From NCBI GenBank assembly GCA_963555815.3, contig CAUVWX020000001.1:768001-832000 (forward strand): DNA of 64,000 nucleotides. Reading direction: 5' to 3'. The DNA is from a bacterium (GTDB lineage Bacteria > UBA8248 > JACPRG01 > G963555815). Each line of letters opens with the position of its first letter. Positions within the stretch are counted from its first letter, which is position 1. The notes beneath the pieces are model-generated. The model was not told the DNA's origin, ran no database searches, and was given only the letters and a program-made list of their open reading frames with translations. A program made the position numbers and the translations under genes. Shown here piece by piece: positions 13,570 through 22,841 of the stretch.

Positions 13570-14021
13570 GGACGCACCTCGAGCTCGAGGAGCAACCGGT
13601 GTCCCCCTTCGAGCTCCATTTCGAAGATCCCCGGGATGTCGGCCGTGAACTCGATGATAGACGGAGCCTCCGGGCTCAGCGGGGCGCGGAGGTCGTACCC
13701 GTGAAGATGCACCTCGCCGCTGATGTCAGCGGTCACCGTCAGCCGCACCTCCGAGCCGAGAGGGACCCGGGCCCTCCCGCCACCGGTGACGGTCTCGTTG
13801 GCGATCGCCACGTCAATGGCTACGACATCCTCCCCCAGCGCGATGCGGGTGGTGAAAGTCGTCGCTGAGTCCCGACTCACTGACGCTGTGGAGGGGTTCG
13901 GCTTTGACGACGGACCACCGGCGGCCGCCATGGCGGGGAGTGGGGTGGTCAGCAACAGGTGGCTCACCCCGAGCAGCGCGGCGAGAAGAAAGACCAAAAA
14001 GCCATTTCTCTGTCCAATCAT
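13566..14021 (-). CDS. exported cupredoxin-like small protein
   Basis: Signal peptide; beta-rich domain GSEVRLTVTAD..EVHLHGYD...FTADIPGIFEMELE; 4-bp overlap with the downstream gene. Confidence 0.65.
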   Translation of the reverse strand: MIGQRNGFLVFLLAALLGVSHLLLTTPLPAMAAAGGPSSKPNPSTASVSRDSATTFTTRIALGEDVVAIDVAIANETVTGGGRARVPLGSEVRLTVTADISGEVHLHGYDLRAPLSPEAPSIIEFTADIPGIFEMELEGGHRLLLELEVRP

Positions 14022-14149
14022 GCGACTTCCTTACTCCTGAAGAGACGGATATCGGGAATTCTCGTCATCAAAAAAGTGAAAAGCTATTCTACGGCGATTT
14101 CCCCTCTCATGGAACCTAATCCCGGTCCGCTTCTGCGTTACTTTGGGAT

Positions 14150-14971
14150 TTAAGGGGATTTCGCCGCGACCTTGACCCAACAATGGTCTCCCGCCCGGCG
14201 AAACCCAAGGGTCTCAAAGACCCGAACAGAGGCCGGGTTCTCCCGGACGATGAAACACCAGGGGGTCTTGCCTTGCCGCAGGAGCTCTTCCGTCAGGGCG
14301 GAGACGACGTAGCGGGCAAGGTATCTTCCCCGGTGGGACTCAAGGGTGTGGACCATGCCGATGGAGCCGTCCGGGTGGGTGAGGGCCCAGGAGACGAGCT
14401 GGCCGTCCAGACGCACTCCCCTCGTGGGCCCGGACTGGATCCGGTCCAGGATGTAGGCTTCGTCCTGACTGTAGGTCCAGTTGGCGGCCACCAGGGGGGC
14501 ATCCTCGGGCCGAAGGCCCATGGTCAGGCAGATGGCCGCGAAGATGTCGAGATTGGCGGCCATGAAGGGGGCGTACTCGGGCTGGAGGATTCGGGAGATC
14601 TCCTCCTTGCCGCAGGGCCTAAAATCTTCTTGCGTTGTGACGTACATCGACCAGGGGGTCTCCGAAAGGCTAAGACCTCTTTTTTGAAGGAGGGGCATGA
14701 ACCGGGCCGGGATGCCTGAGAACGCCACTTCCTCCGACCAGTCGATCCCCTCCAGCAAGGCCTCGGCCCCCGCTTCCGTGGCGGCGTAGAGGGCGTAGAA
14801 GCCTCGCTTCCGGCAGAGCGCCCCCCTCGGGTCCGGCCAGCGGTCAAACCACCACCCCTCACAGGACCCCCCCTCTTCCTCTAAGGTCCCGAGGAGTTTC
14901 AGGTTAAAGATGGGCTCTCGGTTCAGCAGGTCCCGAAGGGCCCCCACTTGTGAGGGGGTCACAGGCTCCAT
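14150..14971 (-). CDS. GNAT family N-acetyltransferase
   Basis: VHTLESHRGRYLA acetyl-CoA motif and ENPASVRVFETLGF. Confidence 0.85.
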   Translation of the reverse strand: MEPVTPSQVGALRDLLNREPIFNLKLLGTLEEEGGSCEGWWFDRWPDPRGALCRKRGFYALYAATEAGAEALLEGIDWSEEVAFSGIPARFMPLLQKRGLSLSETPWSMYVTTQEDFRPCGKEEISRILQPEYAPFMAANLDIFAAICLTMGLRPEDAPLVAANWTYSQDEAYILDRIQSGPTRGVRLDGQLVSWALTHPDGSIGMVHTLESHRGRYLARYVVSALTEELLRQGKTPWCFIVRENPASVRVFETLGFRRAGDHCWVKVAAKSP

Positions 14972-15119
14972 CGTTCGCTCTCAAAAGGACGCTCTGGGTG
15001 AATCAGTGTTTCCCTGCGCCATCGAAAATGCGGAAGAGTTCTCCCAGACCCGTCAAAGGGTGCTCTATTATAGTGTCCAGGAAAGTGATTTTTCTCTTGC
15101 CCCCGTCGAGGGGAGATGA

Positions 15120-16127
15120 GTGTTGCGAATTATCATCGCGACGAATGACCAGGCTGATGCGCCGGGGACCGAGTCCATGGGTTACCTTCGGGCCCTCGCC
15201 GCCCTTGGCCATGAGGTGGAATACTTCTACTACCGAAAAAAAGGCTTCTTTTATAGCAATTTCAGAAAAGCCTGGATCCGGAAGATGAACCGGCGTCTCA
15301 TCGAGCGGGTCAAGGGGTGGGGGGCAGACCTCCTCCTCGTCGTCCGCGGGGGCTACATCTTCGGGGAGACAATTCGGGCCATCCACCGGATGACATCCTG
15401 TCGGATGGTCATTTTTTACCCCGACAACCCCTTCGGATCTCCGGTCACACCCGCGTTAGATCTCGACGCCCTTCGGAGTTACCAGCTCTTCCTCACCCGC
15501 GACCGATATTATGAAGATGAGCTGCGGGCCCAGGGGGTCACAACCGTCAAATTTCTCCCCCACGGCTACGACCCTGAGTTTTACCGAACCGTCCCCCTGG
15601 CTCCTGAAGAGGAGCGCCGCCTGGGGGCGGACGTGAGCTTCGTCGGGGCCCCTTATCCTTTTCGGGTCACCTTCTTCCACGAGCTGGTCGGCCCCGAGGT
15701 GGATTTCAAGATTTGGGGCCGACAGGACTGGAGACAGGTCAAGAACCCGTGGCTTCGCCAGCGCTACTCCGGTGGTCCTCTCTCCCAAGAAGAGAAGGTG
15801 AAGGTTTATAACGCGAGCACCGTCAACCTGAACCTGCAGCACCCGAGCGGGGCCGTCCTGGGCCTGGACGAGCGCTCTTTCGGGATTGTGGGAAGCGGTG
15901 GGCTCCTCCTCGTGAACCACAAAAGAGGAGTCGAAGAGTTTTTTCGCCCGGGCGAAGAGATCGTCACCTTCTCCAGTCGGGAAGAACTTCGGGGCCGCAT
16001 CCAGGAACTCTTGAAACGCCCCGAGGAGGCAAAGGCCATCGCACAGCGGGGTCAGCTCCGGGCCCAGGCCGAGCATACGCACCACCACCGCGCCAAGACC
16101 ATCCTGGAGTGGCTTTCGGGGAGTTAG
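15120..16127 (+). CDS. CgeB-like glycosyltransferase
   Basis: DVSFVGA.YPFR, KVYNASTVNLN, ERSFGIVGSGG, EHTHHHRA C-terminus. Confidence 0.8.
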   Translation: MLRIIIATNDQADAPGTESMGYLRALAALGHEVEYFYYRKKGFFYSNFRKAWIRKMNRRLIERVKGWGADLLLVVRGGYIFGETIRAIHRMTSCRMVIFYPDNPFGSPVTPALDLDALRSYQLFLTRDRYYEDELRAQGVTTVKFLPHGYDPEFYRTVPLAPEEERRLGADVSFVGAPYPFRVTFFHELVGPEVDFKIWGRQDWRQVKNPWLRQRYSGGPLSQEEKVKVYNASTVNLNLQHPSGAVLGLDERSFGIVGSGGLLLVNHKRGVEEFFRPGEEIVTFSSREELRGRIQELLKRPEEAKAIAQRGQLRAQAEHTHHHRAKTILEWLSGS

Positions 16128-16150
16128 CCCGAAGCCCGCTTTCCTTGGCG

Positions 16151-16957
16151 CTATGGGTGGAGAAGTCGGCGGCCGAAGAGTGAGAGCAAAAAGATGAGGG
16201 ACAGGGTGAGGACGATGCTCGGCCCCGAGGCGATGTTGAGATAAAAGGAGCCGGCGAGACCCACGATGACGCTGAGAAGACTAAAGATGAGGGCCAGCAA
16301 AAAGAGCTGGCGGAGGTTTTGACCCAGATTCTTTGCCGCGGCGGAGGGCAGGATGAGGAGGGCGGCGACGAGAAGGGCGCCTAAAACCTTCATGCTGATG
16401 GCGACCGTTAGAGAGATGAGGACCATAAAGAGATAGTCATAGGCCTCCACCCGAAGCCCCTCGGCCTTCGCGAGGTCCCGGTTGAGGGCGATCTTGACAA
16501 ACCGGCCCAGAAATCCCACCAGGACCCCGACCACCACAGCCCCAAGGACCCCCTGCCAGATGAGGTCTTCCCGCGCGACCCCCAGGATGTCTCCAAAGAG
16601 ATAGGCGAAGAAGTCCGCCCGATAACCCGTTTGGAGACCGATCAAAACCACGCCCAGGGCCATCGTCCCGGTGAAGAAGACCCCGATGACGGAATCCGGC
16701 GAAAGGTCCGTCCGGTTGTGTACCCATCCCATCCCAAGGGCCACCAGGACCAAGAAGGCTATCAGGCTTAAGTCCGGGTCGAGGCCGAGGATGAGCCCGA
16801 TGGCGATCCCCGCCAGGGCCGCGTGGGAGAGGGCGGCGCTGAAGAAGGCCATCTTTCGAAGGACGATAAAGATCCCTAGAAAGGAGCAGACAGTCCCCGC
16901 CACGAGACCCGCGGCAAGGGCCCGCCACATGAAGGGGTATGAGAGGAACTCAGGCAT
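16151..16957 (-). CDS. znuB: metal (Zn/Mn) ABC transporter permease
   Basis: LRKMAFFSAALSHAALAG, YLFGDIL, MKVLGALLVAALLILP; ATG 16957 overlaps the upstream gene. Confidence 0.9.
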   Translation of the reverse strand: MPEFLSYPFMWRALAAGLVAGTVCSFLGIFIVLRKMAFFSAALSHAALAGIAIGLILGLDPDLSLIAFLVLVALGMGWVHNRTDLSPDSVIGVFFTGTMALGVVLIGLQTGYRADFFAYLFGDILGVAREDLIWQGVLGAVVVGVLVGFLGRFVKIALNRDLAKAEGLRVEAYDYLFMVLISLTVAISMKVLGALLVAALLILPSAAAKNLGQNLRQLFLLALIFSLLSVIVGLAGSFYLNIASGPSIVLTLSLIFLLSLFGRRLLHP

Positions 16958-17723
16958 CGGATCCGTGAGCGTGGTGGTGATAGGTGCTGATGGCCTCCCC
17001 GTAAGCCTTTTTGAGATTCTCGCTGGTGAGGATCTCATCGGGGGGCCCCTGACAACAAAGGTGCCGGTTGAGGCAGAGCACCTGGTCCGCGTCTCGGTAC
17101 ACCATGTGGAGGTCGTGAGAGACAAGGAGGAGGGTGATGCCCATCTCCTCGTGGAGGTGGTGTAAGCGCTCGGCGAGAGCGGATTCGCCCACCAGGTCCA
17201 CCCCCGCGAGGGGCTCGTCCAGGAGGAGGATGTCTGGCTTTTGGGACAGGGCGTAGGCCATGAGGACGCGCTGAAATTCTCCTCCCGAAAGGTCCCCCAG
17301 GCGTTGGTCCAGGAGGTGAGAGCCACCCACGCCGTCCAGATCCTTGAGGATCTTCTGTCGGCGGATCCCTCGCTTAAAGCCCCACCATGCCCCTTCCTCT
17401 CCCATACCGAGAAGAAGGAATTCCAGGACCGTCAAGGGGAAACTTCGGTCCAGGTCGAACCTTTGGGGGACATAGCCGATGCGAGCATGGGCCCCTCCCA
17501 ACTCCCGCCGGTTTCGACCCTGGATCCGGATCTCGCCTTCATAGGGCACGATCCCCAGGAGGGCCTTCAGAAGCGTCGTCTTTCCTGACCCATTGGGCCC
17601 GATGACGGCGACCGCCTCTCCCGCCCGGACCGTGAAGTTCAGGTCCGAGAGGGCTTCCCGGTTTTTGAATCGGACGGTGAGGTGAGCCACTTCGATGATC
17701 GGTATCCCGCTAGGGCCTGGCAT
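16950..17723 (-). CDS. znuC: metal ABC transporter ATP-binding protein
   Basis: GPNGSGKT, LSGGEFQR, LLLDEP, His-rich tail YHHHAH. Confidence 0.9.
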   Translation of the reverse strand: MPGPSGIPIIEVAHLTVRFKNREALSDLNFTVRAGEAVAVIGPNGSGKTTLLKALLGIVPYEGEIRIQGRNRRELGGAHARIGYVPQRFDLDRSFPLTVLEFLLLGMGEEGAWWGFKRGIRRQKILKDLDGVGGSHLLDQRLGDLSGGEFQRVLMAYALSQKPDILLLDEPLAGVDLVGESALAERLHHLHEEMGITLLLVSHDLHMVYRDADQVLCLNRHLCCQGPPDEILTSENLKKAYGEAISTYHHHAHGSDA

Positions 17724-17733
17724 TTGCAGATCC

Positions 17734-18666
17734 TTAGAGGTTTAAGGCTTCGGCAATCACGCGAAGATTAGTCCGCATGATGCGCTCATAGCCCTCTGGG
17801 TGAAGGGGTCCAGTCTCCATGGGGTCCAGCGTGTAGACCTGAAGGTCCAGGTCGTTTGCGAAGGAGCGCACGACCCTCGGCACCGGCTTCACCTGAGAAA
17901 AGATGGCACGGACCCCGCGGGTTCGAACGAGGTCCGAAAGCCGGGCAAGGTGTCTCGGGGCGGGGTCCTGGCCCGCCACTTCCTCAATGGCGCCCAGGAG
18001 GTTCAGGTTATAGCGGTCTGAGAAATAGATAAAGGCGTCGTGAAAGGTCACATAGAGGTGTGTCTTGACCTCTTTCAGGCCGTCTCGGATCTCTGCGTCC
18101 AGCAGGCGAAGCCTTCGGGCATAGGACTCGTAGTTGGCCTGATAGGCCGCCCGTCCCACGGGGTCAGCCCTGGAGAGGGCTTCCCGGATATTGTCGGCTT
18201 GGTGCAGGGCCCGGAGGGGGTCGAGCCAGATGTGGGGATCTTGGCCCTTCGGTCCCCGGCCGGGAGTTGCCCTGTTTTTACGAAGTGAGTCCTCCTTCTT
18301 CAAGGGTTCGACCCCAAGGCTGGTGTCGACCAGTTGGTCGGGTGAGAGGCTGGCGTTCTTCAGCAACCCCGTCAGCCAACCTTCCAGACCCAGCCCGTTG
18401 ACGAAGAGGAGGCGGGACTGGGAGAGGCGGCGAAGGTCTCGAGGGGTGGCGGCGAAGTCGTGAGGGTCAACATGGGAGGGGAGGAGGAGTTCGACGTCCG
18501 CACGATCGCCCGCCACATTGACCGCGAGATAGTAGAGGGGGAGGATGGTGACCATCACCTTGAGTTTTCCCTGGGCCTGGGCGACCGGCAGGGGCAGGAG
18601 GAGGGCCGAGACCAGCAAAAGCAGGGCCTTCAACGCCGGGCTACGAGTTGGGGGTCGTCTTCTCAT
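17734..18666 (-). CDS. znuA: metal ABC transporter substrate-binding protein
   Basis: DPHD, NGLGLEGW, DPHIWLDP, TFHDAF, LDP ligand motifs; signal peptide; start uncertain. Confidence 0.88.
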   Translation of the reverse strand: MRRRPPTRSPALKALLLLVSALLLPLPVAQAQGKLKVMVTILPLYYLAVNVAGDRADVELLLPSHVDPHDFAATPRDLRRLSQSRLLFVNGLGLEGWLTGLLKNASLSPDQLVDTSLGVEPLKKEDSLRKNRATPGRGPKGQDPHIWLDPLRALHQADNIREALSRADPVGRAAYQANYESYARRLRLLDAEIRDGLKEVKTHLYVTFHDAFIYFSDRYNLNLLGAIEEVAGQDPAPRHLARLSDLVRTRGVRAIFSQVKPVPRVVRSFANDLDLQVYTLDPMETGPLHPEGYERIMRTNLRVIAEALNL

Positions 18667-18879
18667 GGGTCTCCTGGTCGAGAACGCCGCGGCGAGACAA
18701 AAAAGACCCTTCCTTGGGCTCGGTCGCCTTGGACGAGGGGCGTTGCTATTGCAAACCATTCTGCCGGGCTACCTAGCATCTCCCTCTTTCTCTGTCAAGA
18801 CAGCCGTGGTTGCAAAAAGAGCTGCGAGGGGATAGATTGGCCCGAATTGCCGGGGAATGGGGTCTAAACACCGCTTGAG

Positions 18880-19815
18880 GTGGACTTTAAAGGAGTGGTC
18901 GAGTTGGAGCCTGTGAAAAAAATATGGATGGACGGCTCCCTCGTCGGATGGGACGAGGCCAAGGTCCACATTCTGACCCATAGCCTTCATTATGGCCTCG
19001 GGGTCTTTGAAGGCATCCGGTGCTATGAGACCGAACGGGCCCCGGCCGTTTTCCGGTTGCCGGAGCACCTGGACCGGCTCTTCCGTTCCGCCCATATCGT
19101 GGGTCTGAAACCCTCCTGCAGCCGGGAGGAGGTCTCCGAGGCGATCCGGCTCCTGATCCAAACCAACGCTCTTCAGGCCTGCTACATCCGACCCATCATC
19201 TACCTCGGCTATGGAGACATGGGAATAAATCACGCCCGCTGTCCGGTGAGGGTGTCGGTGGTCGTGTGGCGGTGGGGGACCTATCTGGGCGATGAGGCGC
19301 TGACCCGCGGAGTGCGGGTCAAGATCAGTTCCTACACGAGCCATCACGTCAACACCAACATGACCAAGGCCAAGGTGTGCGGTAATTACGCCCTCTCCCA
19401 GCTCGCCAAGATGGAGGCCGTTCGCCTGGGATATGACGAGGCCCTCCTGTTGGATCTCTCCGGGATGGTGGCCCAGGGCTCAGGCGAGAATATATTTATC
19501 GTCCGAGATGGAGTCCTGAAGACCCCGCCCCCGCCGGGGGTCCTGGAGGGGATCACCCGGGACAGTGTCATCCGGCTGGCCGAGCGGGCAGGCCTGCGAG
19601 TCTTGGAGGAGCCCTTCGCCCGGGACGAACTCTATATTGCGGACGAGGCCTTCTTCACCGGGACCGCCGCGGAGGTGACCCCTATCCGCGAGGTGGATGA
19701 GCGGCCCATCGGGGACGGCAAGCCGGGCCCTGTGACGCACCAGCTACAAAAAACCTTCTTCGAGGTGGTGAAGGGAAAGAACGGGGAATTCGAGCGGTGG
19801 CTCACCTATCTATAA
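18880..19815 (+). CDS. ilvE: branched-chain amino acid aminotransferase
   Basis: LHYGLGVFEGIRCY, KAKVCGNY, LEGITRDSV, FFTGTAAEVTP. Confidence 0.96.
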   Translation: MDFKGVVELEPVKKIWMDGSLVGWDEAKVHILTHSLHYGLGVFEGIRCYETERAPAVFRLPEHLDRLFRSAHIVGLKPSCSREEVSEAIRLLIQTNALQACYIRPIIYLGYGDMGINHARCPVRVSVVVWRWGTYLGDEALTRGVRVKISSYTSHHVNTNMTKAKVCGNYALSQLAKMEAVRLGYDEALLLDLSGMVAQGSGENIFIVRDGVLKTPPPPGVLEGITRDSVIRLAERAGLRVLEEPFARDELYIADEAFFTGTAAEVTPIREVDERPIGDGKPGPVTHQLQKTFFEVVKGKNGEFERWLTYL

Positions 19816-19874
19816 CAGAGCGTCCCGCGATCCGAGGGGCTGGGAAAACTGAAGGAGGAGGTTGAATCGCCATT

Positions 19875-20219
19875 ATGCCCATCCATGAATATCTCTGTGA
19901 CGCCTGCAACCACAGCTTTGAGAAGATTCAAAGGGTCACGGACTCCCCCGTGAAGAAATGTCCCGCCTGCGGGCGCCTGAAGATAAGACGCCTCATCTCT
20001 CAGAGCGCCTTTGTCCTGAAGGGAAGCGGGTGGTATGTCACCGACTATCCTTCCAAAGACAGAAAGAAGTCCATGGAGGCCGAGAAGAAGGGTGAGGGCG
20101 TGAAGGTGGGAGAAGGGGCCAAAAACGCTTCAGGGGATAAAAAAGGGAAGGCCGAGAAAAAAGAGTCCGTTAAATCAAACAAATCGAAAGAATCAACTAA
20201 ATCGAAAGAATCAACTTAA
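19875..20219 (+). CDS. FmdB family zinc-ribbon protein
   Basis: MPIHEYLCDAC..CPAC..KGSGWYVTDY followed by a Lys-rich tail. Confidence 0.9.
   Translation: MPIHEYLCDACNHSFEKIQRVTDSPVKKCPACGRLKIRRLISQSAFVLKGSGWYVTDYPSKDRKKSMEAEKKGEGVKVGEGAKNASGDKKGKAEKKESVKSNKSKESTKSKEST
20181..20216 (+). repeat. 18-bp tandem duplication in the FmdB tail
   Basis: AAATCGAAAGAATCAACT x2, encoding KSKEST x2. Confidence 0.9.
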
Positions 20220-20309
20220 CGCGATTCGTTACACCCGCCTGGATTCGAATTCAATTTCGTCCCCGGATACTTTCCAGACCCTAGAATCAAATGGGTCACA
20301 GAAAAATGC

Positions 20310-20341
20310 GAAGGGGCTGCGGCAATCGCCGCAGCCCCTTC
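20310..20341 (-). terminator. hairpin downstream of the tRNA pair
   Basis: GAAGGGGCTGCGGC-AATC-GCCGCAGCCCCTTC, with a T-tract following on the minus strand. Confidence 0.75.
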
Positions 20342-20348
20342 ATGAGTC

Positions 20349-20425
20349 TGGCGGGGTTGACGGGACTCGAACCCGCGACCTCTGGCTTGACAGGCCAGCG
20401 TTCTAACCAACTGAACTACAACCCC
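20349..20425 (-). tRNA. tRNA-Asp (GTC)
   Basis: Cloverleaf GGGGTTG...CTGGC-CT-GTC-AA-GCCAG...GGTTCGAGTCC...CAACCCC-G-CCA. Confidence 0.97.
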
Positions 20426-20508
20426 GACTGAACTCTTTGCCTCTTAACCGCCGCCTCTGAAGCCCCAAAACCCCTGGGGCAAAAAGGTCCTTTTGATTCC
20501 TTGCTGGG

Positions 20509-20581
20509 TGGGCGGAACAGGGATCGAACCTGTGACCCTCGGTTTGTAGGACCGATGCTCTCCCAGCTGAGCTATCCGCCC
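20509..20581 (-). tRNA. tRNA-Val (TAC), CCA not encoded, C at position 33
   Basis: GGGCGGA...TCGGT-CC-TAC-AA-ACCGA...GGTTCGATCCC...TCCGCCC-A. Confidence 0.92.
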
Positions 20582-20624
20582 CGACCGAAAAACTAAAACT
20601 TTATTTCTCTGATTCCCTGTCTCT

Positions 20625-20652
20625 TTTATAGGTCTTCAGGACTCAGGGTCAA
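20625..20652 (-). promoter_or_regulatory. sigma70-like promoter for the tRNA-Val/tRNA-Asp operon
   Basis: TTGACC-N16-TATAAA on the minus strand, upstream of tRNA-Val. Confidence 0.55.
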
Positions 20653-20806
20653 GATGATTTTCCCAACAGGCTGACGGGGCTCGGCCTCGTTGACATCCTC
20701 TTCTTCATCTTGTATGGGGAAGGGGTTATAAAGCCTTGATGGCCGTGGTGAAGAGTCAATTGGTGGGTCTCTCTACAGGGCCTCCGCGCTTTTCAGGGGA
20801 CGCATC

Positions 20807-21943
20807 CTGAGGACCATCCCCCTCGTCGATCTCCAAACCCAACACAAGGCCCTCTGGCCCGAGATGGAGGCCGCCATCCGCCGGGTGGTGGATGGGGGTC
20901 AGTTCATCCTAGGGGAAGAGGTGGAGGCCTTTGAAGGGGAATTCGCCTCTTATCTGGGGTGCAGCCACGCCATTGGCGTCGGGAACGGGACCGAGGCGCT
21001 CTATATAGCCCTTCGCGCCCTTGGCATCGGTCCGGGCGACGAGGTCATCACGGTCCCCTTCACTTACATCGCCACGACTGAGGCCATTTCCTTGACAGGG
21101 GCCCGATTCGTCTTCGCCGACGTGAACCCCGAGACCTACACCCTTGATCCCGACGGGTTGGAGGATCGCCTCACGCCGCGGACGAAGGCCATCCTGGCCG
21201 TTCACCTCTTCGGCCACCCGGCCGACGTCGGGGCCTTAAGCGCCCTGGCGAAGGAACATCGCCTTCGGCTCGTTGAGGACGCCGCGCAGGCCCACGGGGC
21301 CCGCTACCAGGGTTGTGCAGTCGGGACGCTTGGGGATGTGGGGGCCTTTAGTTTCTATCCAGGGAAAAACCTGGGGGCCCTGGGTGACGCCGGAGCCATG
21401 GTCACCGACGACTCCGATCTGGCCGACCGAGCCCGCCTCCTTCGAAACCACGGGCGCAAGAGCCGTTATGAGCATGTCCTGGAGGGGACCAATAGCCGTC
21501 TTGACGCCCTTCAAGCCGCCCTCCTTCGGGTGAAGCTTCCTCGTCTGAACGACTGGAATGAGAGGCGCCGCCTCCTCGCCTCCAGATATCAAAGGCGTCT
21601 TTCGGGCCTTTCGGGTCTCATCTGTCCTCCCGAACCGGCCCCGGGGGTGGAGCCCGTCCACCATCAGTTCGTCATCCAGGTGACGGGGCGGGATGCCTTG
21701 AAGGCCAGGCTGAAGTTGGCCCAGATTGAGACTGCCGTCCACTATGCCCGGCCCCTCCACCTTCAGCCCGCCTATGCCGGACTCGGGTTTCGCCAAGGGG
21801 ACTTCCCGGTCTCCGAAACCCTTTCAGAGAGGGTCCTCTCGCTCCCCATCTATCCCGAGCTCACCGAGCAGGACCAGGACCGGATCTGTGATGTCATCGA
21901 GTCTCACCTGACCGCCTCCCCGGTTGCACTGAGCCCGCTTTGA
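20807..21943 (+). CDS. DegT/DnrJ/EryC1/StrS PLP-dependent sugar aminotransferase
   Basis: GNGTEAL, EDAAQAHG, FSFYPGKNLGALGDAG; the conserved N-terminus IPLVDL lies upstream of ATG 20864, implying a CTG start at 20807. Confidence 0.92.
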   Translation: MRTIPLVDLQTQHKALWPEMEAAIRRVVDGGQFILGEEVEAFEGEFASYLGCSHAIGVGNGTEALYIALRALGIGPGDEVITVPFTYIATTEAISLTGARFVFADVNPETYTLDPDGLEDRLTPRTKAILAVHLFGHPADVGALSALAKEHRLRLVEDAAQAHGARYQGCAVGTLGDVGAFSFYPGKNLGALGDAGAMVTDDSDLADRARLLRNHGRKSRYEHVLEGTNSRLDALQAALLRVKLPRLNDWNERRRLLASRYQRRLSGLSGLICPPEPAPGVEPVHHQFVIQVTGRDALKARLKLAQIETAVHYARPLHLQPAYAGLGFRQGDFPVSETLSERVLSLPIYPELTEQDQDRICDVIESHLTASPVALSPL

Positions 21944-22053
21944 GGTCCCTTCCCCGACATAGTCGTCCCCGGAACACCGGTTTCCTTTTGAGAGAAGGAT
22001 AGGGCAGGAAGTCTGGGGGCGCTCCGCTCAGAGATCGTATTCAGCAGGGGAGA

Positions 22054-22446
22054 TCAGCGGGTTTCTCGGCGATGTCTTCTCAGCCAGTCCCACAAGGCCA
22101 GAAGGGTGATGGCCACATAGATGAGGAGGAAGGGACGGCCGGGGATGGAATACCGGCCCTCGGGGTGGAAGGGGGCGTGGACGAAAGAGAGATAGAGGAT
22201 AGGGACTGCCAGGAGGAAGTGAGTGCGCCAAGTCTTGATCTTGATGAGAAATCCGGCCAGGGCCAGAAGGAGCAGGGCGATCGAGAAGACCCGAAGGAGT
22301 GAGTAGGAGAGGGAACCGCCTGGAACTGAATAGGTCTGTCCCGTATCGCCCTGTCCCACAGTAAGCCAGAGGCGCGGGATGCGCGTTAGACTGGCTTTGA
22401 TATAGCCCCCAGGGTCTTCCCCGAGGTTTTTCCAAGTCAGGGCCAT
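22054..22446 (-). pseudogene. 3' remnant of a membrane-bound glycosyltransferase-like (ArnT/GT39-like) gene
   Basis: Three hydrophobic helices and a ..HAPFHPEGRYSIP.. motif typical of such C-termini; no intact 5' part. Confidence 0.45.
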
Positions 22447-22841
22447 GTAGGAGCAGTTTGTCCGGAGTTTTTGTTGGACCCCTGATAGGCCAATCTGAAG
22501 GATGCAGGGCACAAACCCACGGGCGTCTTGAAGAAGGTTCGTTGCCACAGAGGTCTCGCAGATATTGAATTCACTGAATATATGGGGGTAGTTCGCATTC
22601 CATCCACAGTGACTGCCCTCTACGGGGCGCCACCGGCCTACAACCTGGACATGGTTGGCATCCAGATGAGCGAAGAGCTGGCGAGACCCTCACTGACCAG
22701 GACCGCGTTGACCATCTGTCCGTCTTCAAGAAACACATAACGAAGAAGACGGCCGAACCGATCCCGGTCGGACGCGCCTCGTTGAAGCCAGACCATCTTT
22801 CCAAGCACCCTATCCTGAAAGGATTGTACAACTATACGAAC

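Noticed and set aside
18742..18815. Possible Zur/Fur box (TTGCAA half-sites) upstream of znuA
   Set aside because: Only half-sites are present, with no convincing palindrome.
22528..22790. Plus-strand fragment with YNLDMVG resembling an M28 peptidase remnant
   Set aside because: A single short motif in broken frames is insufficient evidence.
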